Shown piece after piece: positions 23,632 to 35,827 of a DNA stretch of 64,000 nucleotides (position 1 is its first letter; each line of letters opens with the position of its first letter). Made by a program: the position numbers and the translations under genes. The notes beneath the pieces are model-generated. The model was not told the DNA's origin, made no database searches, and saw only the letters and a list, made by a program, of their open reading frames with translations. This stretch comes from Craspedostauros australis (Eukaryota): positions 1 through 64,000 of the forward strand of contig JALAGF010002407.1 of assembly GCA_030167865.1 (NCBI GenBank), written 5' to 3'.

Positions 23632-24483
23632 ATGAGAAGTCACAGCACGACGACACCATCAGGAAGTCTCCTTGGTCAGGCCAGTCGATCCATGCCTGCA
23701 CACTCCAGAAACCCGACACGCTGTCATAGTGGCTCATCATTGTGTTTCGTTTCGCTGCTCGTCGTCGCGGCCATCGCCCTTTGGTTCCCAATTCAAGACA
23801 CAGGCGCCATCTCAGCGGCTTCACTTCTTTCCAGGGCCGCGCAGAACGGATACATCTTCACGGGGGCTGACGAATCCCTGGCATTCATTGATGCAATGCA
23901 GAACGACAATCATGCAAGACCAGCCGGTGCGGATGACGTTGCCCCCATGATGTGCTCACTTTGGCTGGTGCCTCCCGCCGACGTTGCATCCAACGTGCAA
24001 CGTGGTATTGATGCACTGGCGAAGGCAGGCAATGGACCGTCCTTTCCGGCTCACGTTACCATCGTGGGCACTGTGCCTTGCCGCACGCAATCTCAGATCG
24101 ATGATCTGCTTCAGACGCTGCAACAAGGCTTGTCGGGATTTGGTCCCGTCGCATGCCGCTTCGACGAGGATCCATCGAGCTCTCCAGGTACTTGGAATCA
24201 AGCGCTCTTCTTCGTCATGAAGACATCACCGGCGTTCTTGAGTCTGTGCAACAAATGTCGGCAGTTGATGGGCATGCAAACCCAATCGTGGCAGTTTGCG
24301 CCGCCGATCTACAAACCCCATCTGTCATTATTCTATGGCGACGACGCCAGCATCCCAAGTTCAGACAAGGTCGCACCAATTGCACCATTCGAAGCGACGC
24401 GGATCGAACTGTGGAACACCAATCCGCGCACTGCGGCCGGGGTGGAGCAATGGAGGTTGGTTGGCAAGGTGGATCTGAGTTGA
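23632..24483 (+). CDS. 2H phosphoesterase (plant CPDase-like cyclic phosphodiesterase) with an N-terminal hydrophobic segment
   Basis: SLWLVPP, FPAHVT and PHLSLFYG (two HxT/S motifs), plus IELWNT...VEQWRLV. Start is 23632 or 23692. Confidence 0.88.
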   Translation: MRSHSTTTPSGSLLGQASRSMPAHSRNPTRCHSGSSLCFVSLLVVAAIALWFPIQDTGAISAASLLSRAAQNGYIFTGADESLAFIDAMQNDNHARPAGADDVAPMMCSLWLVPPADVASNVQRGIDALAKAGNGPSFPAHVTIVGTVPCRTQSQIDDLLQTLQQGLSGFGPVACRFDEDPSSSPGTWNQALFFVMKTSPAFLSLCNKCRQLMGMQTQSWQFAPPIYKPHLSLFYGDDASIPSSDKVAPIAPFEATRIELWNTNPRTAAGVEQWRLVGKVDLS

Positions 24484-24819
24484 TTCGATTCCACTTGATT
24501 TTGAGCAGATTGATTCAGACTGAATTGATCTGGGTTGGTTTGGACTGATTTGATGCCGGCCTTCCCAATCGCATTCAACAAGGCGAGAGTGGTTCATCAT
24601 GGTGTCTCTATTGTATCCTCGATTACTTTATTCAGTCTTACATACTATTAACGAATGTATTCGAGCTGCAAGCATGAGCATGTCAACGGAATGAAACGGA
24701 ATGGAATCGCGTGGAATGACACGCATGCACGCACACGTCCCTGTGTACGCCACGCATGTCGGTAGTGTCCACTCAAGGCATCTCCACATCATCCTGGACA
24801 GGCTGGGTTCTGCACCGTT

Positions 24820-25878
24820 TTACTCTTCCACGATGCACTGTCTGCAGTATGGACAGAAGTTCTTGGTGAGGAGCCATTGATCGATGCAGTCCGTGTGGAA
24901 GCGATGCTTGCACGGCAGTTCGCGCAGCTGTTCGCCCTCTTTGTACAGGAACTGGCAGACCAGGCACTTCTTGCAGCAATCATTCTCATCCACACCCTTC
25001 ACCTCCTCCGCGCAGAATCGCTTGATGGGGAGCTCGTTAATCTTCTGACGCGCCACCATCGCCCAGCGTTCTGATTTCACATCACCGAGCTGATCGCCAA
25101 GACGCAGCATCATCTCGTACGACATGGACGCGTCGTTGATGGGGAGATCAGCCTCATCGATCACCGGAGCCTGCGGCATCAGCTGCGGTTCATCTTCGTC
25201 ATCCATGGCGGCCTGCAAGGCCACCAGATCTTCTTCCGAGAACTGATCGCGGTTGTGCTGCAGGTAGTCCATGGACATGTGGTACGACACCGCCATAGCT
25301 TCTTCTGCCATCAAGGCGCGCGCAAGCGCAAGCGACTCCTCTTCTTCGCGCCGAGCTCGTGCGGCTGCGTCTTCTTCGGTCGTTGCGTCGTCGTCGTCGT
25401 CGTCACTCCTGTCTTCCTCCTTGTCCACGTCGATGACTTCTTGATGGCGCGGAGTGTTATGGGCGCCGATACGAGTGTCTCGGGCCGTCATCTGATTTTC
25501 CTCGTTGTCAACATCGATGATCTCACGACGGTGCGGAGTGTTGAGTGCATTCGCACCTCCCCTCCATGTTGGTTGAGGCGGAGTCTCGCAGCCGTCAGTC
25601 ACGGAGAGGACGCAAATTTCGTCATCCTTGTTGTCTCGAAGTTCCGAAGGTGACGATGCTCTACCCTCGTCTTCCCTCTCATCGTCAATCACAATCGGTG
25701 ACATGCTGATCGCCAATGATCGAAGGTTCATGGGCGTGATTTCCACCTCCTGTGAGCGCAGCACGGAATGCCTTGTCTTCTTCGTCGGCGCAACGCTGGC
25801 GAAGGTTGGGAGCTTGGTACCATTGGCACTGCCGTGAGTGCCGACATTGTGATGGGTGGAGGTGGCTGGGGAGTTCAT
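24820..25878 (-). CDS. RING-H2 E3 ubiquitin ligase (BIG BROTHER-like C-terminus) with a UIM-like motif, 352 aa
   Basis: CLVCQFLYKEGEQLRELPCKHRFHTDCIDQWLLTKNFCPYCR; MSYEMMLRLGDQLGDV; EEEESLALARALMAEE. Confidence 0.92.
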   Translation of the reverse strand: MNSPATSTHHNVGTHGSANGTKLPTFASVAPTKKTRHSVLRSQEVEITPMNLRSLAISMSPIVIDDEREDEGRASSPSELRDNKDDEICVLSVTDGCETPPQPTWRGGANALNTPHRREIIDVDNEENQMTARDTRIGAHNTPRHQEVIDVDKEEDRSDDDDDDATTEEDAAARARREEEESLALARALMAEEAMAVSYHMSMDYLQHNRDQFSEEDLVALQAAMDDEDEPQLMPQAPVIDEADLPINDASMSYEMMLRLGDQLGDVKSERWAMVARQKINELPIKRFCAEEVKGVDENDCCKKCLVCQFLYKEGEQLRELPCKHRFHTDCIDQWLLTKNFCPYCRQCIVEE

Positions 25879-26765
25879 CGTTGTCGTGATATATGCAGTT
25901 GCGTTGTTCGATGTGGCTGCGGTTGGCTTATTTGTGGAAGGCTTGTGAAAAGTGTGAATTGCGGAGTGTTGTGCTTGTGTTGCTCAGATAGCAACGTCGA
26001 CGATAATGGCGACAATGGTGATAGTGGCGATGCACAAGCGGGCTGCTGGTAAATGAAGATTGTACAGTACGAATACGAGTACGGATGGTTGAGCAGTGTG
26101 GTTGGTTGGACACCAGCGTCACACAAATGTAGCGTGATCCACGGAGATGTCTATGGATGGAACGTGTGGTGTGTGTTGAAACACAAACAAGGAAACCGTC
26201 TCCAACGAAAGGAGTCAACGAAGATGTGTTTCGAAGGACTTCCACGGAGTTTGGCGAAGTTCATTTTGTGGGGCTGATTTTGCAACGGTGTTCTCATTGC
26301 AAACCACTACCTGTTGATAACCCTCAAATAACGTCCTGATAACGACAGGCTACACACGATTTTGCTCGGATGGGTCGTATGTGGCTTCCTCTTCGGTTCT
26401 TTTCTTGAAATTGTTGTGACTGTTTGACCACGATGGGACCTGAATTGCGCGAGGAGCGTTGTTCGCGAGGGAGAGACACAGTGACTCTTTGTCGTTACCG
26501 TTTCCGTACCCCAGATCCATCGCCAACAAGAACAGAAGGTGAAGCGAAGCTTTAACTGTACATGCACTTTGTTGGAGCCTCCGAGTGCACGAGCTGAATA
26601 CGATACGATCATCTGCCCACCCATCGACCATCGGCCATCGACCAGCGAACATCAGCAAGACAAGAAGACGAAGACGAGTAGACCAAAGGAAAGGAAAGGA
26701 AAGGACTCCAAGCCAAGCCAAGCGCATCCAAGTCCAAGCAAACGAAATCCAAGCGAAGAAGCACC

Positions 26766-27712
26766 ATGTCGGGAGCAAGCGGAAGACTGGCGAAGGAGGT
26801 GGACGTCGTCGGCAAGGACGACAAGACATCTGGCGTGAAGGCCGTGCCGTACGATGGCTCCAACCTTTCCCATCTCAAGGGAACCATCAATGGACCCGTC
26901 GGAACGTGCTACGAGGGTGGCGTCTTCGAGATCGACATCGTCATACCGAAGCAGTATCCGTTCGAGCCGCCCAAAATGAAGTTCCTCACTAAAATTTGGC
27001 ATCCCAACATATCATCACAAACTGGCGCGATCTGCTTGGTACGTACAATACAATGCGTTTGTGTTCATGTGTCTCAGCATATTATGAGATTATATGTAAT
27101 ACTACGACCTGGAGTAGTGTGTTCAGGTGCACTTGTGCTTGCTGCGCTGTCATAGCGGTGTGCCTTCAGGTTACGAAGCAAATCCGTTCCGAAAAGGAAT
27201 AGACCGGGTGATCAGATTATTGCGTGCGAGTACCTCACCAGCATCTCGTTCTCCTTTAACATGCCTCGCCATAACCAACTTCTGCCCATTCAAATCTGCA
27301 TCTCTCTCTATATATATACGAACGTGCAAACAACGATACAATAACACTGGGCCCTCACCAAATCTCACTTCGTCTCACCTCACTTCTTTCGACACAGGAT
27401 ATTTTGAAAGACCAGTGGAGTCCTGCTTTGACGATCAAGACCGCGCTTCTCTCCTTGCAGGCCCTGATGTGCTCTCCAGAACCAGCCGACCCGCAGGATG
27501 CTGAAGTTGCAAAAATGTACACATCAGACAGAAAGAAGTTCGACAGCACCGCAAAGTTCTGGACCGAGAGCTACGCCAAGCCAATGAGCAAGGAAGATGC
27601 GATCGGCAGAGTTTGCGAGATGGGATTCGATCGCGACAGCGCGAGGAAGGCCCTTGAGAAGCATGGCTGGGATGAGAGTGCTGCTGTCAATGCATTGTTG
27701 GGAGGTCTGTAA
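26766..27712 (+). CDS. UBC1: Ubiquitin-conjugating enzyme UBC1/UBE2K (E2-25K) with C-terminal UBA domain, ~195 aa; exons 26766-27038, 27398-27712
   Basis: YPFEPPKMKFLTKIWHPNISSQTGAICL|DILKDQWSPAL; PQDAEVA; UBA EMGFDRDSARKAL...AVNALL. Confidence 0.96.
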
Positions 27713-28044
27713 ACCACTTTTTTGCGTGGTAGCCAAAACGCGCCAAACTGCCGATTGATGGATCAAATCTTTAATTTTCAACAATGATCAACAACTCTCT
27801 GCGCCTTTTCTTCTGTGTGCATGTAGTAACTGCGTTCTAGGGACAGTAACAGGACGAGCATGTAGGAACATGTACGGATGACGACATCTTGTGGAGAGTC
27901 TGTCAACATCATGATCTTCTTACGACAGATTAGGAACAACTATGTGTGGTATCATTCGAAGATGGTTGCGCATTCTATGCCAACAGATCAGGACCACGCG
28001 CAGCTCGCAGGTCATTGCGCATACTCCACCCTCTAGTCCACGGC

Positions 28045-29581
28045 TCACAAATTTGATAACATCGCCTGCGGCGGTGCCGGAAAGTATATCCGATGCGACC
28101 AGCAGGCCAGAGATCCTCCCAGAAGCGCCCCGCCAACGACGTCGGCAGGAAAGTGCTTGTTGTCCACGAGACGCGACGTCGCGACGAACATGGCTACCAG
28201 CATCGGCGTGTAGCACAGCACCGTGATGATCCTGCGTGCGGAAGGTTCCGACGTGTAGACCATGTGCACCGTATTGTCCGATGCCCCCTTCGTCCTCCAG
28301 GACTGAATCTGCGACACGCCAAATTTCCGGTCCAGGAAGAGACAAAGCAACAACAGCCCGCTGACAGTGAGGCTGGAATGACCGGATGGAAACGATTTGC
28401 GGGCCTCGTCGGCTTCTTCCGGATCCGTGCACCGAGTGAAGGATCCGTTCGGCTGGCAAAAATCGAGGAAGACCGGTCTCAAATATCCGACGTAAAGCTT
28501 GATGATATCCGTCATCATCAACGTGGTGCCCACGCCCGTTTGAAATGAGCACAGCGCCTCGTGCATTTCGCCAGTCCATTTCGAAACGAACCTGTTGTTA
28601 TTTTGGTTGTTGTGAATGGGTGGTTGAATGAGATGCATGCGTATGAATATTCATTCATTCAGCATGGTGTAGTGTGGCGTGGCGTGGCGTTGCATCGCAT
28701 CAAGAAGATGAGTTCATGTCGCGTCCAACCATCACAAAATTTGATCACATCAATAACAGGTTTCGAAAGCAAGAAGCATCGCATGGCATGAGAGAACGGA
28801 AAGCGATGGCAATGATGGTGATTGTCACACAACAGCCGAGTTCAATCGGGAATACGGTGGCACGAACAGACAGCACTCTGACATCGACAGCACTGCTCAT
28901 TTGACTTACAATAGTCCGAAGTAAGGTACGACGAATGCGATCACGATCAACAGATTAGCTGCGATGCATCGATCGATGTGTGCGTGTGCGCGAGTGCGAG
29001 CGAGGATGTTGGAAGAGGTAGAATGCCATCGAATAGAGTAGATACAATGAAGAATGAAAATGTTAGCAGAAGTAAAACATGAGTACTCGTACAAGGAGTA
29101 TGAAGCAACGCATCATGCTTCCGCATCAGCTCTTTGTTGACGAAGGAAGCATCGTCACCGCGAAGAGCATGATACTTGCGTATTATCACAGGACCCCTTC
29201 ACAACGCCACATGGCAAAGCATACCGCCGTGCTCGGGCTCCTGCTTTTGTGGAGGAACCAGCCGATCACAAACTCACTTGTAACCGTTTCACCGTCGAAT
29301 TCTTCATTGTATGTTTGGTTGACGATGACCTCTCCGGATTCCAATCGGAGGATGGGAATCGGTCGATCGCGCACCGCAATGCCACCGTACTCGAGGATCA
29401 ATCCAAGCAGGCCGGGTGTCAACGTGAAGCAGAACTCTGCGAAGCGAAATGAGCAGATGTATGACGACATGCTCTCATTCGAAGGGTGCACGGCATGGTC
29501 ATGACCGACTTCAAATGGAGTCGTCGATTGTTCGGAGATGTCTTCCTCCACACTTTCGTTGGGATCGTTTGCGCTCTCCAT
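28045..29581 (-). CDS. PAP2 lipid phosphate phosphatase, ~299 aa; exons 29581-29278, 28958-28910, 28591-28045
   Basis: C1 KLYVGYLRP, C2 SFPSGHSS and C3 SRLVDNKHFPADV. A 49-nt hydrophobic micro-exon restores the frame. Confidence 0.9.
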
Positions 29582-29637
29582 TGTGCTTCTGTTGCGAATG
29601 TTCTTGCGAATGTGGTCGCGATGGGTGCTTCTATTAC

Positions 29638-29639
29638 TC

Positions 29640-29668
<29 letters not shown>
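29638..29668. repeat. (GA)n microsatellite upstream of PAP2
   Basis: Perfect gagaga run. Confidence 0.92.
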
Positions 29669-29670
<2 letters not shown>

Positions 29671-30297
29671 TTGTTTCCAGGATCACGATTGTAAGCAATT
29701 CTCGCTTGTTGCTGTTCGTCACTTGTTGGGTCGGCATCACTTCATGGCATGATGGTGAAGCGTTGCAGGTTTGTTCCACCTTTGTGTGTGGTCTTTGGGA
29801 GAACGACTCGTTTACCACGATACCTACGTCACCTTCGCCATCTCCCCATTCGTGGCTTTTTCGTGCGAGTCTTGCTCAGATTCGTCATTGATTCGTGCAA
29901 TTTTTCGTGATGTCCAGTCGTACTATTTGGTTGTGTTCAGGAGCGAAGGGCAGACGCATGTAACATTTCCAAACAAGACTAGAGTGCTTGATCACATCAC
30001 GATCTGCCGGGAACTCCCTTGCGATTTGGCGCCAACCTTTCGTGGAGGAAATCGTCGAGCAACCATACTCGTGGGAACACCATTATGATTGGACTGCACC
30101 TACGTACGTATGTGTCTGTGGGTGGACTATTATACAAGTTAATCAAAATCATGTCTCTCTAGAACCGTGCTGCTTTTGCAGCAGGTTTTCATTTAGCTTG
30201 CCTCGCACTTTGCAGCCATAGTGTATGATTGTAGCGCGCTCACTAACGTTGAGATGTGAATAGCATTTGCCATCTCTCAAGGACTGCTGGTAGCATT

Positions 30298-32816
30298 CTA
30301 CTTGCCATTGCCAGCATGAGTTTTCTCTCCAATCACGCGGACGTTCTTGAAGAAGTCGTTGAGACCGGCCATGCCGATCCTCTTTGCCAAGAACTGGGGC
30401 ACGAAACCCGATGTAACCTGGTTGACGCTGATGAGATCGGTGCATTTCGGTTTGCCGGGCACCCGCCTCAGGATGTTGACGCCCATCAGAAGCTCGTTCT
30501 TGGTGCTGGCGCTGGCTCCGATGCGCGTCGTTGCTTGGTCGGTGTGACATCCTGCCATGCCCGGATGCAGCGAGCGCGTGACGATAATGTAGCCGTCCTT
30601 GTCCGGCAAGGTGTCGGCATGCATCAAGGCACATAGCTGGACGCTGACACCTGTGAATGGGAGCTTCGTTTCGCTGTGGATGATCTTCGTCGTGTTGTAC
30701 GAAGCGGGATTTTCGAATTGCGTCTCCATCTGTTTCTGCTGTTCGTCACCACCTGATTTGTCGCTGTCGCTGTCGTGATGTCGCACATCCGCGTGGATGT
30801 GCCCCTCGCGTCTGTTGGGGAGCACGACGAGATCGGATCTTCCGAGAGAGTAGTGGTTGTATTCTTCCGATCGCGAGCTGTCCCACATGAGGTCAAAGAA
30901 GTCCTTCGGTGAGATTTCGACCAGCCCACGAGCGATGTAGATAGGGACATCCGACTTGTGGAACTTGTCGGAGTTTGAGAACATGCCAGACCAAACGCAG
31001 TACGATTTCTCGAGTTTGGAGAAGATGGTCTCTTGCGCAGATGCGGCGAATTCATTCTCGAACGCAGAGGCGGCACCTTCCGCCTTCCACGTTATTTTGA
31101 GCGCCGCATCTGAAGCCACGGTGTGCTCTTGCGATCTCGATTGCAGCTGCATGTACTTGTTGGTTGTGACGATGGCCAGCGCTCTGTGAGTGAATGCCTT
31201 CAGCGTGACCGTCGTCAAGTAGTCGCTTGCATAATCGGAGTAGGCATCGACGCAGTAAAGACTTTGATCCGGCGCCTTGGGATGCATCAAGTTGAAATCG
31301 TCGACACGCAGCAGATACATGGTGTTGTCCCACGGCTTTGGTTGAGGCGGGGTCCTCGGAGTATCGAATGATATGCGGGCGTCGATCGATCCCATGCTGT
31401 CGTTGCCGGTAGAAGCGGTGTCATGATCAGCCCCAGGCGTGCTGATTTCAATTTCTTGCGCCTGCTGTGATGCATGGCCGTCATCATTGCCTTCATTGGT
31501 ACGATCGTGGTCACTCGCGATTGTGAAATCCAGCCGCAGCCTGTCCAGGAAGTCATCTTTTTCCGACGAAGACTGGCCTGCTGGTGGTTGCTGTTGCTTC
31601 TTGTGCTGTCGCCCTTCTTGCTGCGCAGCGATATGCCTGGATTGCTGGTCTGAATTGCCGTTGGCAATGATCCCGAGGAAGGGTGCGAAGACCTTGAGCG
31701 CCGATGACCCCAGGTCGTTCTTGATGTTCTCCGCAGCTTGCAGGACGCCCGGAACGATTGAGTGCATCATGTTATCCAGCGAGGCGGAGCTCGTGGACTC
31801 GCCACCATTGGCCTGCTGCGACAGCAACGGGTTGTGGCGAAGCAGATGGTGAACGACATTCGTCGTCAGTCCGGCGACGCCCTGCGATGTGGATACCACG
31901 ACATGGAGCGGGAATGTGACGGGCAGGCATGCTGTGTGGACGATGGCACCACCAGTCTTCGTCACCAGATGGTGACTCGAGGCGATGAAGTTGGACATCT
32001 CCCTGGAGCGTATCAACGCGCCGGCATTTTGCACTGTGATGGGTATCGTGCGTCGATGAGCGGAGTTTGTGGAGAATGAAATTGAGGTGGAGAATGAGCG
32101 GACGAATGAGAGTTTGCGTGTGTTTGTGCATTGCGTGTGGCGCATGATCCGGCAGGCATTCAATATAGAATATAATAGTATGCCAGCATCCAATCTAGTA
32201 TGCCAGCATCACAGCATCGCGTCTCATGAGATCGTCGAGAAAGCAACTTACGCCATTGCGCGATGGGATCTCCACCGATAGCTGACGGCCCTGATGGCTG
32301 ACTGACGATCTGGCCACCCGCAACTGCGACTGCTGGGCCATTGAGTGGGGGATTGCTGTTCTGAGAAGAAGCTGCGGGCGCCACAGAGCGAGAACTGGCG
32401 AAGGCGGCACCTTCCGGTTCGTCGCGTTCGGTGTGATGGACCATGCTGTCGTCCTGCGCTTGTGTCTGCGTCTGCGGTTCTGATGCTCCTGATAGCTGCT
32501 TCGATGAACCGGCGGATGGAGGAGAACTCATGTTGTGAGAATCCACCGAATGCGATGGATCTGCGGCCTGAACGATGCTCGTGGCGCGTTGGGTCAATGA
32601 TCGATCTTCCGTGGATGCAGCAACGCTGTCAGGAAGCGGCGTCTCGTGTGTCAAGGATGCGGACGACGTCGAAGCGCTGCTCGTGAGGGTGCTTGTGGAG
32701 GTGTTGGCGGTCGCGATTGTGGCGGGTGCTGTGGCCTTGTGCGCAGCTGCATGCCGTTGCCTTGCTGTTCTTGACGCCGGATGCCCCGGATGATGAGATC
32801 TGTACACTCTCACCAT
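30298..32816 (-). CDS. START/Bet v1-like (SRPBCC) domain protein with a long disordered N-terminus, ~766 aa; exons 32816-32252, 32033-30298
   Basis: ARGLVEISPKDFFDLMWDSSRSEEYN, YIIVTRS and NELLMGVNILRRVPGKPKCTDLISVNQVTSGFVPQFLA fit a START fold. The intron is phase 1 (C|TG). Confidence 0.7.
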
Positions 32817-33906
32817 GACCGTGACGTACGAGTATGCTCAAGTGTTCGTGGTTGTCGCGCGAGGCTCTGTTGAGAGGAGGGACCGATGCTCTCTCGTTTT
32901 GATGACCAACGAATGATGACTCTCTCTCTCTCTCTCTCTCTCTTGCTCCTCAGTTGCGCCACACAGGCCAATTGTGCACAAAAAGATACTCCCTTCTCGC
33001 ATCACCAAACTCGATTGGTGGGCTACGTGGCCAACTGGCTTTTGGTGGATCGCTCAGTTTGGCGAATGCGAAATTGCGACGAGCAATGCGGCTAAACACA
33101 GAGTGATCGTTCAAGTACGACTATGCGGAACAGAGAACTCTACTCCATGCAGCTCTTGGCCATGACATACGACACGAGGACGCAACAGACAACAAGAGCG
33201 AGGACAGGGAGGACGCAAGAGAGGCAGCAACAAGCCACCATGGGAAGATACACAACAAGAGGCATCGTCCTCATGGGTGCAACATGCAGCATGCTGTGGC
33301 GGTCTCGTGGAAATCTTCACATCTTCCACACAGAACTTTGATACTTTGGTGGATTGCCAGCGTTCTTGCCGTTCGCCTGAATGCGTTTGTTGGCGTGGAG
33401 AAGTCGGCAACAACGACGTGTTGTGCTTCTTCTTCTGTGTTGTTTTGCGGAAAGAGAAACGTGCACGAGTCGACCACCTGGATTAAACTCCAGAACGAAT
33501 CGACCATTTCGCGAAGCCTTCTGTCACCGCATTGGCCAAACATGCCATTGGGCCAATCAGAATGCTTCATTTGTTTGCACGAAGCGAATGAGAACCATCG
33601 TCTTGCCACCTCCCGAACGTGATTGTGACGCTCGTGAATGAAGTCCGAACCAAACAACACAAAACACACGATGAGATCTTTGCCGATTTCTGTGATTTCT
33701 GCGTTGCATTTTGACACCAACAGGACGGGTCTCCAACTACAACGGGAGAGTCGCCACCAATTGATGCCACTCCATCCGCACAGCAACACCAGTCGACCTG
33801 GGGCATGGAGAGGTATACGACTACGCGCACTCTGCTCTTCTTCAGCTCGTACATTGCGTATTACATTATACTGGCACGCCAATACCATTGAACCCGCGAT
33901 CGAGGC

Positions 33907-35709
33907 ATGCTGAACACGCAGCGAAAGCGAGCAACAGCCATCCACAACACTGCCGTCGCCACCATCGCTGCTGCTATCGTTTCCGTCGTTGCTGTTGGTC
34001 TTCTTTCGGACGCATCGCAGGCATTCACGACGCATCCATCTTCCGCGTTGCACTGGGTTCGTCGCGGCAGCTGGACGAGTCACGTTCGTTACACTCAGCA
34101 TACAACGAGCACTACAAGCACTACGAGTACTACGCACAGTAGGGACTTCCATTCTCCTCTCATCAACTCCAGAACGATGGGAATCGCAGCTTCCATATTC
34201 CAGGATCAGGCGGATCCGAAGATTGATCAGCAAGGCGATCAGCCTGCTGGCGAGTCGCAAGAGGTTGCAGAAGCTGCTTTGACGAGAAGAAATAAGAGCC
34301 GCAAGCAGAAGAGGAGAGAAAACAAGGAGCATGTTGAAAAATGGAAGATCGCCGTGGAGGACTTCAAATCCAAGCTCATCGATGACTCCTTCCTCCAGCT
34401 CCCCGTTCGCGCCAGCACGGTCAACGCATCCCTGCTGTATCCCAGCGACTACCCAGATCATCCCGGTCTCATGCCAGGCAACCACAAACACCTCGGCGGC
34501 GCGTTCGATGCCACGGACGGATGCATCTACGGAGTTCCAGCCCATGCTCGATCGATTATGTGCATCCACCCTTCCGAAGACACCGGGGAGTACCGGCTCA
34601 AGGTCATCCCTTTGCCCGAGCACATCCAGGAACAGCAATTCAAGTGGTTGCGAGGCATCATCGCGGATGGCTACCTCTGGGCCATCCCATCCTGGGCCGA
34701 CGCCGTCCTCTGCGTCGATCTCGATGCCTACTGGGGCCGACGCGAACTGCCGGAGGGGCAGACGGATGTCGTCAACCTCATCCCCCTGCCGGAGGAACAT
34801 CCCAAGAACTTGAAATGGCAATGGCACGGCGCGTCCATGAACCAAGAAAAGACGGCGATCTTCTGCATCCCCGCCAATGCGCGCAAGGTCCTGCGCGTGG
34901 ACATGGCGACCAAGACGACCTCGCTCATTGACATTAACTACGACCCCGAGACCTATCCCGAATTCACCCTCGATGTGCCGAACAAGTGGTACGGTGGCAT
35001 CCCCGGCGATGACAATGCCGTGTACGGAGTGCCGTACCGCGCCTGCGGAGTCCTGCGCATCGACTGCGCCACGAATTCGGCAAAAATCATAGGGCCAGAT
35101 TACAAGGTCGGCAAGTACTACTGGCATGGCGGGATCAAGGTCAACGGGAAGATCTACGCGCATCCCAGCCATGCCAGCACGGTCCTTGTCATCGACACGA
35201 GCAAGGAGGCGAAGGGTACGCTCTCGGAATTGGAGATTCACAAGGCGGAATATGACAAGGACGAACGTCAGAATTACAAGTGGCTGGGCGGAACCGTGGG
35301 GGCGGATGGCAACATCTACTGTCCTGCATGCGACACCTCCGCCGTCCTGAAGATCAACGTCACGACGGACCACTGCGAGACCTTCTCCTTCGCAGGTCAC
35401 GAAAAGAACAAATGGCAGGGCGGTGTGCTGGGCCGGGATAATTGCATTTACTGCATCCCGGCCGATGGAACCCACGTGTGTCGTATCGCCACGGACCCCT
35501 CCATCGAGGGCGAGAATCCGGTGCAGCTGCTCGGTGATCTGCCCAAGAGCAAAGACAAGTGGCAAGGCGCGGCCGTGGGGAAGGATGGCGCGCTCTACTT
35601 CATCCCGGAGGGCGGCTACCGTGTCATGCGCGTGGTCCCGCCGGAGCAGCCACCCAAGATCGTCGATGGCAAGCTGCCCGAAGATGACGTACTGATTCAG
35701 TTAATGTAG
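33907..35709 (+). CDS. Uncharacterised 8-repeat beta-propeller-like protein, probably plastid-targeted, 600 aa
   Basis: Eight copies of (K)WxGgxxxxdgxIYxxP; signal peptide ending SQA-F followed by a Ser/Thr-rich transit-like region; strong codon bias. Confidence 0.85.
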   Translation: MLNTQRKRATAIHNTAVATIAAAIVSVVAVGLLSDASQAFTTHPSSALHWVRRGSWTSHVRYTQHTTSTTSTTSTTHSRDFHSPLINSRTMGIAASIFQDQADPKIDQQGDQPAGESQEVAEAALTRRNKSRKQKRRENKEHVEKWKIAVEDFKSKLIDDSFLQLPVRASTVNASLLYPSDYPDHPGLMPGNHKHLGGAFDATDGCIYGVPAHARSIMCIHPSEDTGEYRLKVIPLPEHIQEQQFKWLRGIIADGYLWAIPSWADAVLCVDLDAYWGRRELPEGQTDVVNLIPLPEEHPKNLKWQWHGASMNQEKTAIFCIPANARKVLRVDMATKTTSLIDINYDPETYPEFTLDVPNKWYGGIPGDDNAVYGVPYRACGVLRIDCATNSAKIIGPDYKVGKYYWHGGIKVNGKIYAHPSHASTVLVIDTSKEAKGTLSELEIHKAEYDKDERQNYKWLGGTVGADGNIYCPACDTSAVLKINVTTDHCETFSFAGHEKNKWQGGVLGRDNCIYCIPADGTHVCRIATDPSIEGENPVQLLGDLPKSKDKWQGAAVGKDGALYFIPEGGYRVMRVVPPEQPPKIVDGKLPEDDVLIQLM

Positions 35710-35827
35710 TGTACAGTTTAACATAGTGCTCTTATGGAACTGGGCATGCATGAAAATATGGTTATTACTTGTGTTTTTGAATTGCGTTAGGAGCACTATT
35801 CGGGTACGAGTCGTAGACACCCCATTG

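Noticed and set aside
33271-35565. 764-aa antisense ORF opposite the propeller gene
   Set aside because: Same codon-bias shadow; the plus strand carries the real repeats.
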